Below, piece after piece: positions 49,229 to 58,985 of a DNA stretch of 64,000 nucleotides (position 1 is the first letter of the stretch; each line of letters opens with the position of its first letter). Under the pieces are notes generated by a model that worked only from the letters and a program-made list of their open reading frames with translations, did no database searches and was not told the DNA's origin. Source of the stretch: Gemmatimonas sp. (lineage in GTDB: Bacteria; Gemmatimonadota; Gemmatimonadetes; Gemmatimonadales; Gemmatimonadaceae); NCBI GenBank assembly GCA_031414535.1, contig JANNVQ010000041.1:53788-117787 (forward strand), in the 5' to 3' direction. The translations under genes were made by a program, and so were the position numbers.

Positions 49229-50056
49229 ATGACAACTCGCCTCCTTGCCCTCGCCCTCGCCCTCGCCTTTGCCGCGCTGCCCCTCAGTGCGCAGGCTCCC
49301 CGCACGCGTCTCATGGACGACCTGAACTGGATGGAGTTCGCCGAGATGGTCCCGGCCCGGCACCGGACAGTCATCCTCACGGTGGGCACGCTCGAGCCAC
49401 ATGGCGTCGTCAACAACGGCGCCGACAACACAGCGCCCGTGGCGATTGCCCGCGCGATTGCCGGCGAGCCGGGCATCGACGCCCTCATCGCACCGCACAT
49501 CCCGTACGGCGTGACCGGCAACATGGCCCCGTATCCCGGCGCCCTGCACATCCCCGAGGAGGCGTACCGCGCCTACGTGCACGCGGTGCTCGATGGATTA
49601 GCCAAGAACAAGTTCCGCGACATTATCATCATCAATGGGCACGGCGGCTCTCAGACGGCGATTCTCAACGACATTGCACGCGAGGTGTCGCTTGAACGAG
49701 GCGTCAACACGCTGGTCGTGAACTGGTGGTCGCTCGCCACCGATCTTTCCGTGGAGATCCTCGGCAATCAAGGCGGGCACGCCGGACTGAACGAGACCGC
49801 ATTCATTCAAGCCACGGACCCATCGCTGCTGCGTCGCGAGCGCTACACGGGAGCAGACATGGCAACCGCGAATCCCGCGCCGGGAGCATGGTCGGCGGTG
49901 CCGTTCCCATCGAGCATCACGCTCTATCAGCCCGGCACGGGTTGGCCCACCGACTTCGATCTCGCCAAGGCGCAGCGCTATCAGCGGGCAGTGATTGCGC
50001 GCGTGAAGGAACTGGTGCAGGGCACCATCGCGAATTGGAAGAGGGCTGGGTTCTAG
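49229..50056 (+). CDS. Creatininase-family amidohydrolase with predicted signal peptide
   Basis: MTTRLLALALALAFAALPLSAQA signal; GTLEPHG, ADN, NGHGG, HAGLNET motifs; alternative start ATG 49211. Confidence 0.85.
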   Translation: MTTRLLALALALAFAALPLSAQAPRTRLMDDLNWMEFAEMVPARHRTVILTVGTLEPHGVVNNGADNTAPVAIARAIAGEPGIDALIAPHIPYGVTGNMAPYPGALHIPEEAYRAYVHAVLDGLAKNKFRDIIIINGHGGSQTAILNDIAREVSLERGVNTLVVNWWSLATDLSVEILGNQGGHAGLNETAFIQATDPSLLRRERYTGADMATANPAPGAWSAVPFPSSITLYQPGTGWPTDFDLAKAQRYQRAVIARVKELVQGTIANWKRAGF

Positions 50057-50095
50057 AGTGGCTAACGGAGGCTTCGGCCGTTCGTCTGACCTGAC

Positions 50096-51007
50096 ATGAC
50101 TCCGTTCGCAATTCGCGCTGTGCGGTCTTTGCTCGGACTGCTCGTGGCGTGTACCTCGGCCGCAGAGACAGAGCAGCCTTTGCCGTGGGCAAGCACACTC
50201 CCCCCAATTGACGCGGCGGACCTTCCGGGTCGCCCCTCGCAGTACAAGGGCTTGCCGCTCGCGTTGACCGAGAATCCGACGCGTATCATTGCACCCGTGC
50301 GCGGCATCATCGGCGTCGTGTGTATCGGGATGAGTAATGCCAACGAGGAGTGCGAGCGTTTCCGTCAACTGGTGAATGGTCCGTGGGCGCTTCAGCGGAA
50401 CTCCGCGGTGCGCGTGGTCAATTGCGCCGTCGGGTCACACGCCATCGAGCGTTGGATTGACACTGTGTTCGATGCAACGCTGTGGGACGCGTGCAAGAAT
50501 ACTGCGCTCGCGGCCGCAGGCGTCGCTGAGGATCAGGTGCTTGTCCTCTATCACAAGGCCGCGAATCAGTTCACGCTGGATGGAGGCGCTACGAAGCCCC
50601 TGTATCCGAGTCCGAGTAGCGACTATGCGAGCTTCATGGCCAATCTTTCGTTGTTCGCGGAGCGAGTGCCGCTGGAGTTCCCCTCGGCCAAAGTCGTCTT
50701 CACGTCATCACGGAGCTACGGCGGCTTCTCGGGATCAGTCGCCCGTGGTGAACCACTGTCGTACGAGGAGGGTCACGCGCTGAACACGTGGCTTAAGGAT
50801 CATCCCATGGTTGGCGGCGTGGGCTATGCGTGGGGACCTTATCTGTGGGCACCTGAATGCGCGACGCGCATCACCAATGGCGCTGGCGTCTGCTACGTGC
50901 GCGAAGATTACGTCGCCGATGGGGTGCACCCCAGTCTTTCCGGCGAGGACAAAGTCGCTAGCATGCTGCACGCGCGGCTGCTGCGCGAAGAATGGTATCG
51001 TCCCTAG
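50096..51007 (+). CDS. Hypothetical lipoprotein, SGNH-hydrolase-like
   Basis: Lipobox LVAC; IGMSN near N-terminus and DGVHP near C-terminus. Confidence 0.65.
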   Translation: MTPFAIRAVRSLLGLLVACTSAAETEQPLPWASTLPPIDAADLPGRPSQYKGLPLALTENPTRIIAPVRGIIGVVCIGMSNANEECERFRQLVNGPWALQRNSAVRVVNCAVGSHAIERWIDTVFDATLWDACKNTALAAAGVAEDQVLVLYHKAANQFTLDGGATKPLYPSPSSDYASFMANLSLFAERVPLEFPSAKVVFTSSRSYGGFSGSVARGEPLSYEEGHALNTWLKDHPMVGGVGYAWGPYLWAPECATRITNGAGVCYVREDYVADGVHPSLSGEDKVASMLHARLLREEWYRP

Positions 51008-51261
51008 CGCTGCTTCGTGCGTGAGGTTGATCGTCGCTCTTCGCGCCAAGACCAGAGCGCGAACGCGAGCAATGCGACGAAGAGCGCTGGTGCCAGCATC
51101 ACGAAACCCATCTGAATCACGGCATCAATCAGCGGTCCTGACGCATCCTGCCCAGCGGCGCCGATGCGGAACGAGCGTCCCATCGCGATACCGCGCCACA
51201 GGGTTAGCGGCAGCCACGCGACAACGAACACCACAATGGCCAGCCGCACACCGCCTCTCAT
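51004..51261 (-). CDS. Small hypothetical membrane protein (2 TM, 85 aa)
   Basis: Two hydrophobic segments; fills the gap downstream of ppdK. Confidence 0.55.
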   Translation of the reverse strand: MRGGVRLAIVVFVVAWLPLTLWRGIAMGRSFRIGAAGQDASGPLIDAVIQMGFVMLAPALFVALLAFALWSWREERRSTSRTKQR

Positions 51262-51301
51262 CAGCGTCGCCAGTCCCTTGCGAGGCGGTGTGTGAACATT
51301 C

Positions 51302-53962
51302 TCAGACGTGCACTGCCTGCGCCGCGGCCAACCGCGCGATCGGCACACGGAAGGGTGAGCAACTCACGTAGTCGAGGCCGGTGTCGTGGCAGAACGCCAC
51401 CGACTTCGGCTCGCCACCGTGCTCACCGCAGATGCCAACCTTTAGGCCCGGACGCGACACGCGCCCATCCGTCGTGGCCAGCGTGATGAGCTTTCCCACG
51501 CCCTCCACGTCAAGCACCTGGAATGGATCTTCTGGGTAGATGCCGCGTTCCACGTAGAGTGGCAGGAAACGACCCGCGTCGTCGCGTGATAGGCCGAGCG
51601 TCGTCTGCGTGAGGTCATTGGTACCGAAGGAGAAGAACTCCGCTTCCTGGGCGATCTTCCCAGCGGTTAGGGCGGCGCGCGGCAACTCGATCATCGTGCC
51701 GACGAGATACTCGACGGCCACGCCCTTCTCGGCGCGCACGAGCTCGGCCATGCGGTCCACAATCTTCTTCTGATGACGAAACTCTTCAACCGTGCTGACG
51801 AGCGGAATCATGATCTCTGGCAGCACCGTGATGCCGCGCGCCTGACAGGACGTGGCGGCCTCGAAGATGGCTCGAGCCTGCATCTCCGTGATCTCGGGAT
51901 AGGTGACGCCGAGGCGGCAACCACGGTGACCGAGCATGGGGTTGGTCTCGCGCAGAGCTTCCACGAGTTGCATCAACTCGCGGCGCGTCACGCCGATGCG
52001 GCGCGCGAGAAGCTTGGCCTCTTCGCCGCCGTGCGGGAGGAACTCATGTAGCGGCGGATCCAACAGGCGAATCGTCACCGGGAAGCCGTCCATCGCTTCG
52101 AAGATGCCCTCGAAGTCCACGCGCTGCATGGGCAGCAGCTTGGCCAAGGCGCGGCGTCGGCCACCCTCGTCATGCGAGACGATCATCTCGCGCATCGAAT
52201 GGATGCGATCGCCGTCGAAGAACATGTGCTCCGTGCGGCAGAGACCAATGCCTTGAGCCCCGAAGCCGCGGGCCACGCGTGCGTCGTGCGGCGTGTCGGC
52301 GTTGGCGCGCACATGTAAACGGCGCTGGTCATCCGCCCACCCGAGCAATTCGGAGAAGCCCTGATACACCGGCGAATCCTCAGGCCTCCGAGTGCCGGCA
52401 TTCACCGACATGACTTCGCTCGGCATGGTGGGCAGGTCACCGAGGAACACCTCACCGGTACCACCATCAAGCGTGATCCAGGCGCCTTCCGTGACTTCAA
52501 TCTCGCCGACGGTGAACCGACGATGTCCAGCGTCCACGCGGATGGAGTCGCAGCCGACCACGGCGCACTTGCCCATGCCACGCGCTACGACGGCTGCGTG
52601 CGAGGTCATGCCGCCGCGAGCGGTCAGAATCGCCCGTGCGGCCACCATGCCGTGAAAATCCTCCGGCGTGGTTTCGTCGCAGACGAGCACGACGCTCTCG
52701 CCGCGCGCGCCTCTCGATTCAGCCACGTCAGCATCGAAGACCACCATGCCGCTGGCAGCGCCGGGGCTGGCGGGCAGTCCTTTCGCAATGGCATGCAGCT
52801 TGGAAGCGCGGTCAATGACCGGGTGCAACAATTGGTCCAACTGCTTCGCCGGTACGCGCCGAAGCGCTTCAGGCTTAGAGATGAGTCCTTCGTGCACGAG
52901 GTCGCGCGCGATGCGCACGGCCGCGGCCGCGGTGCGCTTGCCCGTGCGAGTCTGCAGGAGGTACAGCTTGCCGCGCTCGACGGTGAACTCCAGATCCTGC
53001 ATATCGCGGAAATGGCGTTCGAGCAACGCCTGCGTACGAAGGAGGTCCTCGTACGCTTGGGGCAAACGCGTGGCCATCTGATTAATCGGCTCAGGCGTGC
53101 GGATACCTGCGACGACGTCCTCACCCTGCGCATTCACGAGGAACTCGCCATAGAAACGCTTCTCACCAGTGCTCGGATCGCGTGTGAACGCAACACCCGT
53201 GCCGGAATCATCGCCAAGGTTGCCGAACACCATGGAGACGATGTTGACGGCAGTGCCAGGGGCCTCCTCAATGTGATTCACGCGACGGTAGTCCACGGCC
53301 TTCTTCAGCGTCCATGAGCGCCACACGGCTTCAATGGCGCCCCAGAGTTGCTCGCGAGGGTCGTGCGGGAATGGCTTGCCCGTGACGGTCTTGATCAGGG
53401 CTTGATACTCCTGCACCAAGATTATCAGTGTCTCGGCGGGGAGCTCGGCGTCCGTCTTGGCACCGGTGGTGAGGCGCTTAGCAGCGAGAAGATGTTCGAA
53501 GTCGGCGAAGGGTACGCCGAGCACGACATCGCCGTACATCTGAAGCAGGCGGCGATACGAGTCGTACGCGAAGCGCGGGCTACCGCTCAGGGCCGCTAGT
53601 CCGCGAACCGTATCGTCATTGAGACCAAGATTGAGGATGGTCTCCATCATTCCCGGCATCGACACGCGGGCGCCAGAGCGCACCGATACCAGCAGCGGGT
53701 TCGCCACGTCGCCGAGCTTGCGGCCGACGGCTTCTTCGAGCCGCGTGATGGAGTCTTCAACCTCTTGCTTGAGACCCTCGGCCGTCTTGCCCGTGGCGAG
53801 GTAGGTGTCGCAGAGGCTACAGGCAATGGTGAAGCCGGGGGGGACAGGCACGCCGAGATTCGTCATCTCGGCCAGATTCGCGCCCTTTCCGCCTAGGAGG
53901 TCGCGATCATCGCGACCTGCCTCGGCCTTTCCATTGCCGAAGAAGAAAACGGACTTATTCAC
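51302..53962 (-). CDS. ppdK: Pyruvate, phosphate dikinase
   Basis: LGGKGANLAEM, SVRSGA, GGMTSHAAVVAR, GLCRTEHM, SFGTNDLTQ, GICGEHGG. Confidence 0.97.
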   Translation of the reverse strand: MNKSVFFFGNGKAEAGRDDRDLLGGKGANLAEMTNLGVPVPPGFTIACSLCDTYLATGKTAEGLKQEVEDSITRLEEAVGRKLGDVANPLLVSVRSGARVSMPGMMETILNLGLNDDTVRGLAALSGSPRFAYDSYRRLLQMYGDVVLGVPFADFEHLLAAKRLTTGAKTDAELPAETLIILVQEYQALIKTVTGKPFPHDPREQLWGAIEAVWRSWTLKKAVDYRRVNHIEEAPGTAVNIVSMVFGNLGDDSGTGVAFTRDPSTGEKRFYGEFLVNAQGEDVVAGIRTPEPINQMATRLPQAYEDLLRTQALLERHFRDMQDLEFTVERGKLYLLQTRTGKRTAAAAVRIARDLVHEGLISKPEALRRVPAKQLDQLLHPVIDRASKLHAIAKGLPASPGAASGMVVFDADVAESRGARGESVVLVCDETTPEDFHGMVAARAILTARGGMTSHAAVVARGMGKCAVVGCDSIRVDAGHRRFTVGEIEVTEGAWITLDGGTGEVFLGDLPTMPSEVMSVNAGTRRPEDSPVYQGFSELLGWADDQRRLHVRANADTPHDARVARGFGAQGIGLCRTEHMFFDGDRIHSMREMIVSHDEGGRRRALAKLLPMQRVDFEGIFEAMDGFPVTIRLLDPPLHEFLPHGGEEAKLLARRIGVTRRELMQLVEALRETNPMLGHRGCRLGVTYPEITEMQARAIFEAATSCQARGITVLPEIMIPLVSTVEEFRHQKKIVDRMAELVRAEKGVAVEYLVGTMIELPRAALTAGKIAQEAEFFSFGTNDLTQTTLGLSRDDAGRFLPLYVERGIYPEDPFQVLDVEGVGKLITLATTDGRVSRPGLKVGICGEHGGEPKSVAFCHDTGLDYVSCSPFRVPIARLAAAQAVHV

Positions 53963-53996
53963 AGCTCAAACTCCCGCCGCGAAGCGGTAAGGGCCA

Positions 53997-55373
53997 CTAC
54001 GCGCGTTTGAGCCTGATGGGCCCGACGCTCGGCGGCTGGGTTGGGTATTGCCCCGAGAAGCACGCGTGGCAGAAGCCTTCGGGTCCGCTTGGTACTGCAC
54101 CAAGCATTCCGTCAAGCGAGAGGTAGCCGAGTGAGTCCACCCCAATCAGCCGCGCAATCTCCTCGACGCGATGGTTTGCTGCGATGAGTTGATCGCGGTC
54201 CGGCGTGTCGATGCCATACCAGCAGGGTCCCGTAATCGGGGGGGATGAGACCCGCATGTGCACTTCGGTTGCCCCCGCGGCGCGAACGAGCGCAACGAGG
54301 CCTTTCGTGGTGGTGCCGCGAACAATCGAGTCGTCCACCATCACCACCTTCTTGCCGTCGAGAATCTCACGAACCGGGTTGTACTTCACTTTCACTTTCG
54401 CATCGCGACCAGACTGCGTCGGTTGAATGAACGTGCGACCGACGTAGTGGTTCCGAATGAGGGCAAGCTCCATGGGGAGGCCGCTGATTTCGGAGAATCC
54501 AAGCGCGGCGGAGTTGGAGGAGTCTGGCACCGCGAACACGAGATCCGCGCTCGGGGCAGGGTGCTCCTTGGCGAGCTGACGTCCGAGCGCGCGACGGGCG
54601 CGGTCAACCGAGCCGCCGAACACGCGTGAGTCTGGCCGCGCAAAATAGACATATTCAAAAACGCAGCGGTGCAGCTTCGTCGCGGCGCCGCGCTCAAGTG
54701 AACGCAACGAGCCATCTGGCGCAATCGCGACGATCTCGCCGGGATGCACCTCACGTTCCACGGTGGCACCGACGATGTCGAGCGCGCAGGTCTCAGAGGC
54801 AAACACGTAGGCGCCGTTCAACCGGCCCATGACGAGGGGACGCCAACCAAGGGGATCGCGAGCCGCCACGAGTGTATCGCCAATGACAACAAGCAAGGAG
54901 TACGCGCCTTCGACTCCATTCAAGGCCTCCGCAAGCTTCTCCTCGGGCCTCTCCGCCTGGGACTTGGCGAGACGATGCACGATGACTTCGGAATCGGCGG
55001 AAGACGAAAAGATGCTTCCCGCATCTTCCAACTCGCCGCGGAGATCGAGTGCGTTCGTAAGATTGCCGTTGTGCGCCAGGGCAATGTGACCGCCCTTAAA
55101 GTGCACCAGTGCTGGCTGCGCGTTCTCGATGGTTGACGATCCCGCCGTGGAGTATCGAGTGTGTCCGAGCGCCACGGGGCCCGTAAGCATCTTCATCCGC
55201 TCCGCCGAGAACTGATCAGAGACCAGTCCCATGGCGCGAATCGCGTTCACGGCGCCGTCCTTCACGGCCACGATGCCCGCCGACTCCTGCCCGCGATGCT
55301 GGAGCGAGTAGAGGCCGAGATGCGTAAGCGCCGCCGCTTCATGATGCCCGCTGATGCCAAAGATGCCGCACAT
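53997..55373 (-). CDS. purF: Amidophosphoribosyltransferase
   Basis: N-terminal MCGIFG, LQHRGQE, HTRYST, VDDSIVRGTT. Confidence 0.97.
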   Translation of the reverse strand: MCGIFGISGHHEAAALTHLGLYSLQHRGQESAGIVAVKDGAVNAIRAMGLVSDQFSAERMKMLTGPVALGHTRYSTAGSSTIENAQPALVHFKGGHIALAHNGNLTNALDLRGELEDAGSIFSSSADSEVIVHRLAKSQAERPEEKLAEALNGVEGAYSLLVVIGDTLVAARDPLGWRPLVMGRLNGAYVFASETCALDIVGATVEREVHPGEIVAIAPDGSLRSLERGAATKLHRCVFEYVYFARPDSRVFGGSVDRARRALGRQLAKEHPAPSADLVFAVPDSSNSAALGFSEISGLPMELALIRNHYVGRTFIQPTQSGRDAKVKVKYNPVREILDGKKVVMVDDSIVRGTTTKGLVALVRAAGATEVHMRVSSPPITGPCWYGIDTPDRDQLIAANHRVEEIARLIGVDSLGYLSLDGMLGAVPSGPEGFCHACFSGQYPTQPPSVGPIRLKRA

Positions 55374-55374
55374 C

Positions 55375-57681
55375 TTACTGAACCCCCGCCAGTGCAGGAT
55401 CGGCAGCGACAGCCTCAGCCGCGGCGCGAGACATCGCGCGCGGAAGCGCCTCGTGATATGCGTCAATCATTCGCTCGGCGGAGATGCTGAGCGCATGAGT
55501 CGTGGTGTTGATGTGCAGGCCCTGGACCGCCTCGGTGACGGTGCCAATCACTCGCGCGGGTACGCCGTGACGCTTGGCGATGGCGAGCACGGCGCCGGCG
55601 TTGGCAGAGGATACAATCACGCGACCCTGTGTTTCCCCAAAGAGCAGGGCTCGCGTTGCGAGCGTGCTCCACGCGGTCACATCCACCGTCGCGCCCATCG
55701 GCCGGGTACGGTCCGCCATGCAGCACTCCGCGAGTGCAACGGCGAGTCCACCCTCGGAGGTATCGTGCGCGCTGGCCACGTGCCCAGCGCGGATGCCCTC
55801 GAGCAACGCGTCAATGAGCTTCTTCTCACCAGCGAGATCAACCGCTGGCGGCGCACCAGCGACGACGCCGTGAATCCAGGCGAGGTACTCCGAGCCGCCC
55901 AACTCGTCGGAGTTCTCGCCGAGCAGGACGATGCTATCACCCGCGCGAGCGAAACGCATGGCTGTTGCGTGCGAGGCATCGTCGAGCACACCCACCATAC
56001 CAATGGTCGGCGTCGGGTAGACGGCGCCCTGCGGATTCTCGTTGTACAGCGAGACGTTGCCGCCAGTCACCGGAGTGTCGAGTGCGCGGCAGGCATCTCC
56101 CATTCCGTACACGGCTTCGCGGAACTGGAAAAACACTTCCGGCTTCTTGGGATTGCCGAAGTTGAGGCAGTTTGTGATGGCACGCGGCGTTGCGCCCACG
56201 CAGGCGACGTTGCGCGCGGCTTCGGCGACGGCAATGCGACCACCGATGCGCGGATCGAGGAAGACGTAGCGGCCGTTGCAGTCTGTCTTTACGGCAAGCG
56301 CCTTTTTGCTGCCACGAATGCGCAGCACGGCGGCATCGCCGTGGCCGGGGCCCATCACGGTGCTGGTGCGCACTGTTGAATCGTATTGGCGATGGATCCA
56401 GTACTTGCTCGCGATGGTTGGCGCCTGGAGCAAGCGCTCGAGCGTCCACGCGGGATCTGATTCACTCGGCAGCGCGGCAATGGCATGCACGTCGCGGGTG
56501 CGACGCGCGATGGCCTGCTCGCTCTCCTTCGCTTCAGGATGATACTGCGGGCAATCTGTGACCAACCGTGAGCCGGGGAACTCCGCGACGACCGTATCGC
56601 CTTCGGTGACGCGGTACACCGGCTCGGCGATGACTTCACCAATGACCTCGGCGGCCAGGTCCCACTTGGTCAGAATCTTCTTCACTTCGTTCTCGTGCCC
56701 CTTCTTGGCCACGACCAGCATGCGCTCCTGCGACTCCGAGAGCAGAATTTCATACGGCGTCATGCCTTCCTCACGCACCGGCACCTTGGTGGTGTCGATG
56801 GTCACGCCGACTTCACCGCGCTCGGCCATCTCGGCGCTGGAGCTGGTGAGGCCCGCGGCTCCCATGTCCTGAATGGCGACGATGTGACCGCTGCGAATAA
56901 GTTCAAGGGACGCTTCGAGTAGCAACTTCTCCGTGAACGGATCACCCACCTGCACGCGCGGACGCTTGGCTTCGTTCTCTTCTGAGAGATCTTCAGAAGC
57001 GAAGGACGCACCGTGAATACCGTCGCGGCCCGTACGCGCACCGACGGCGATGATGGGGTTGCCAATGCCTTCGGCCTTCGCGGTGATTAGCTCTTCTTCC
57101 TTCATGATGCCGACGCACATCGCGTTGACGAGTGGGTTTCCCTCGTACGCGGCATCGAACATCACGTCGCCAGCTACCGTGGGAATCCCCACACAATTGC
57201 CGTAGTCGCCGATGCCCTTCACGACGCCCGCCACGAGGTAGCGCACGCGCGGCGTCTCCAGCGAGCCGAAGCGTAGGGAGTTGAGCATCGCGATTGGGCG
57301 AGCGTTTATCGTGAACACATCGCGGAGGATACCGCCCACGCCCGTCGCCGCACCTTGGTACGGCTCAACGGCCGAGGGATGGTTGTGCGACTCAATCTTA
57401 AACGCCACAGCGAGACCATCACCGATGGAGATGACGCCAGCGTTCTCACCCGGCCCCTGCAGCACCCACGGCGCCTCGGTGGGTAGCGTCTTCAGGACCG
57501 GACGCGAATGCTTGTACGAGCAGTGCTCGCTCCACAGCGCCGAGATGACACCGAGTTCGGTGAACGTCGGTGTGCGCTCGAGCATCGCGACGAGCTTCTC
57601 GTACTCAGACGGCGTGAGCCCGTGCTCTGCGACGAGCGCAGGCGTGATGACCGGATCGCCGGGACGGGGTGTGGCGCTCAC
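55375..57681 (-). CDS. purL: FGAM synthase subunit PurL
   Basis: [39 protein letters not shown]. Confidence 0.97.
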   Translation of the reverse strand: MSATPRPGDPVITPALVAEHGLTPSEYEKLVAMLERTPTFTELGVISALWSEHCSYKHSRPVLKTLPTEAPWVLQGPGENAGVISIGDGLAVAFKIESHNHPSAVEPYQGAATGVGGILRDVFTINARPIAMLNSLRFGSLETPRVRYLVAGVVKGIGDYGNCVGIPTVAGDVMFDAAYEGNPLVNAMCVGIMKEEELITAKAEGIGNPIIAVGARTGRDGIHGASFASEDLSEENEAKRPRVQVGDPFTEKLLLEASLELIRSGHIVAIQDMGAAGLTSSSAEMAERGEVGVTIDTTKVPVREEGMTPYEILLSESQERMLVVAKKGHENEVKKILTKWDLAAEVIGEVIAEPVYRVTEGDTVVAEFPGSRLVTDCPQYHPEAKESEQAIARRTRDVHAIAALPSESDPAWTLERLLQAPTIASKYWIHRQYDSTVRTSTVMGPGHGDAAVLRIRGSKKALAVKTDCNGRYVFLDPRIGGRIAVAEAARNVACVGATPRAITNCLNFGNPKKPEVFFQFREAVYGMGDACRALDTPVTGGNVSLYNENPQGAVYPTPTIGMVGVLDDASHATAMRFARAGDSIVLLGENSDELGGSEYLAWIHGVVAGAPPAVDLAGEKKLIDALLEGIRAGHVASAHDTSEGGLAVALAECCMADRTRPMGATVDVTAWSTLATRALLFGETQGRVIVSSANAGAVLAIAKRHGVPARVIGTVTEAVQGLHINTTTHALSISAERMIDAYHEALPRAMSRAAAEAVAADPALAGVQ

Positions 57682-57992
57682 GAGCCCGGGAGCCCCTTCA
57701 GAAGATCGCGGAGGAAGGTGGACATCGCGGAGTCTTTGACCTTGCCAATGAGCTCAAGTTCGCCGGCGTCGAGCCAGAGACCCTTGCAGTCGGGGCAGAC
57801 GTCCACGGAGACGTTCTTCAGCGTCTGCACCTTCAGGTCAGCACCGCACTTCGGGCACTTCATGAAGTGCGCCCGGCGCGTGGCGGCCTCACGCTCGGCG
57901 TCGAGCTTCTCGCGCTGGGCCTTGATCAGCTCAGCGTCCTGAAGCAGGAAGTACTCGTCTTCGTTCTTGGAAGGATTGAAGTCTTTAGGCAT
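57678..57992 (-). CDS. zf-TFIIB-type zinc-ribbon protein (104 aa)
   Basis: MKCPKC ... [17 protein letters not shown]; start ATG 57992, since the upstream ORF extension runs through the repeat and purQ. Confidence 0.85.
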   Translation of the reverse strand: MPKDFNPSKNEDEYFLLQDAELIKAQREKLDAEREAATRRAHFMKCPKCGADLKVQTLKNVSVDVCPDCKGLWLDAGELELIGKVKDSAMSTFLRDLLKGLPGS

Positions 57993-57999
57993 GGTGTTG

Positions 58000-58027
58000 G
58001 ACGGATGACGGAAGACGGATGATGGAA
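58000..58027 (-). repeat. Heptamer array of 4 units, read as (WTCCRTC)4 on the coding strand
   Basis: GACGGAT GACGGAA GACGGAT GATGGAA on +, ending 7 nt before the Zn-ribbon ATG on -. Confidence 0.85.
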
Positions 58028-58038
58028 GGAGTGGGTGC

Positions 58039-58731
58039 TTAGGCGTTAACGGCGGCCAAGAGGCTTTCAAACAGAACCATCCCATCGCTGGAGCCGAGGA
58101 GTGGTTCGAGGGCGCGCTCGGGGTGGGGCATGAGACCGACCACGGTGCCGCCTTCATTGGTGACGCCGGCGATGTTGTTCGTGGCGCCGTTGGGATTCGC
58201 GTCAGGGACGACCTCACCCTTGGCATTGACGTAGCGGAACACCACTCGGCCTTCGCCCTCGAGCTTGGCGATGGTGGCAGCGTCTGCGGTGTAGCGGCCG
58301 TCACCGTGCGCGATGGGCATGGTCAGAAGCTGGCCCTTTGTGGCCTTCCCCGTGAACACGGTGTCCGTGTTCTCCACACGCAGCGTGACGGGAATGGCGC
58401 GGAACTGCAGGGACTCGTTGCGAAGCAGGGCGCCGGGCAGGAGGCCCGCCTCGCAGGCAATCTGGAAGCCATTGCAAATACCAATCACTGGGCCGCCACG
58501 CTTGGCGTGGGCCACCACTTCCTGCATGATCGGCGAGAAGCGCGCGATGGCGCCGCTGCGCAGGTAGTCGCCGTAGCTAAAGCCGCCGGGCAGGATGATG
58601 ACGTCAGCACCCTGCAGGTCGTGATCCTTGTGCCAGAGCATCACCGCCTGCTCGTGCAGGCGCTCCGTGATGGCGAGGAGGGCGTCCTCGTCGCAGTTGG
58701 AGCCAGGGAAGGAAACGACGCCGACCTTCAC
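58039..58731 (-). CDS. purQ: FGAM synthase glutaminase subunit PurQ
   Basis: FPGSNCD, PGGFSYGDYLR, GICNGFQ, MPHPER. Confidence 0.97.
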   Translation of the reverse strand: MKVGVVSFPGSNCDEDALLAITERLHEQAVMLWHKDHDLQGADVIILPGGFSYGDYLRSGAIARFSPIMQEVVAHAKRGGPVIGICNGFQIACEAGLLPGALLRNESLQFRAIPVTLRVENTDTVFTGKATKGQLLTMPIAHGDGRYTADAATIAKLEGEGRVVFRYVNAKGEVVPDANPNGATNNIAGVTNEGGTVVGLMPHPERALEPLLGSSDGMVLFESLLAAVNA

Positions 58732-58985
58732 GACGGTTGCACCGAGGCAATCTCGAAATCTTCCGTCACCGGATTGGCGAGCAGGCGGGTGCACATCTCA
58801 CGCACGGATGCTTCGGCGACCTTGGCGTCGGCGGCCTTGGTTTCGATCACCAAGTGCCGGCCCACGTGCACATCGCCGACAGCGGCAAAGCCAAGCGTGT
58901 GCAGGGCGCCCGCCACGGCCTTTCCCTGAGGATCGAGCAAGCCCTTGCGGGGCACAATATGCACGGCAACGCGGAACATCTTCAC
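58728..58985 (-). CDS. purS: FGAM synthase subunit PurS
   Basis: LDPQG, LLANPVTE. Confidence 0.95.
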   Translation of the reverse strand: MKMFRVAVHIVPRKGLLDPQGKAVAGALHTLGFAAVGDVHVGRHLVIETKAADAKVAEASVREMCTRLLANPVTEDFEIASVQPS

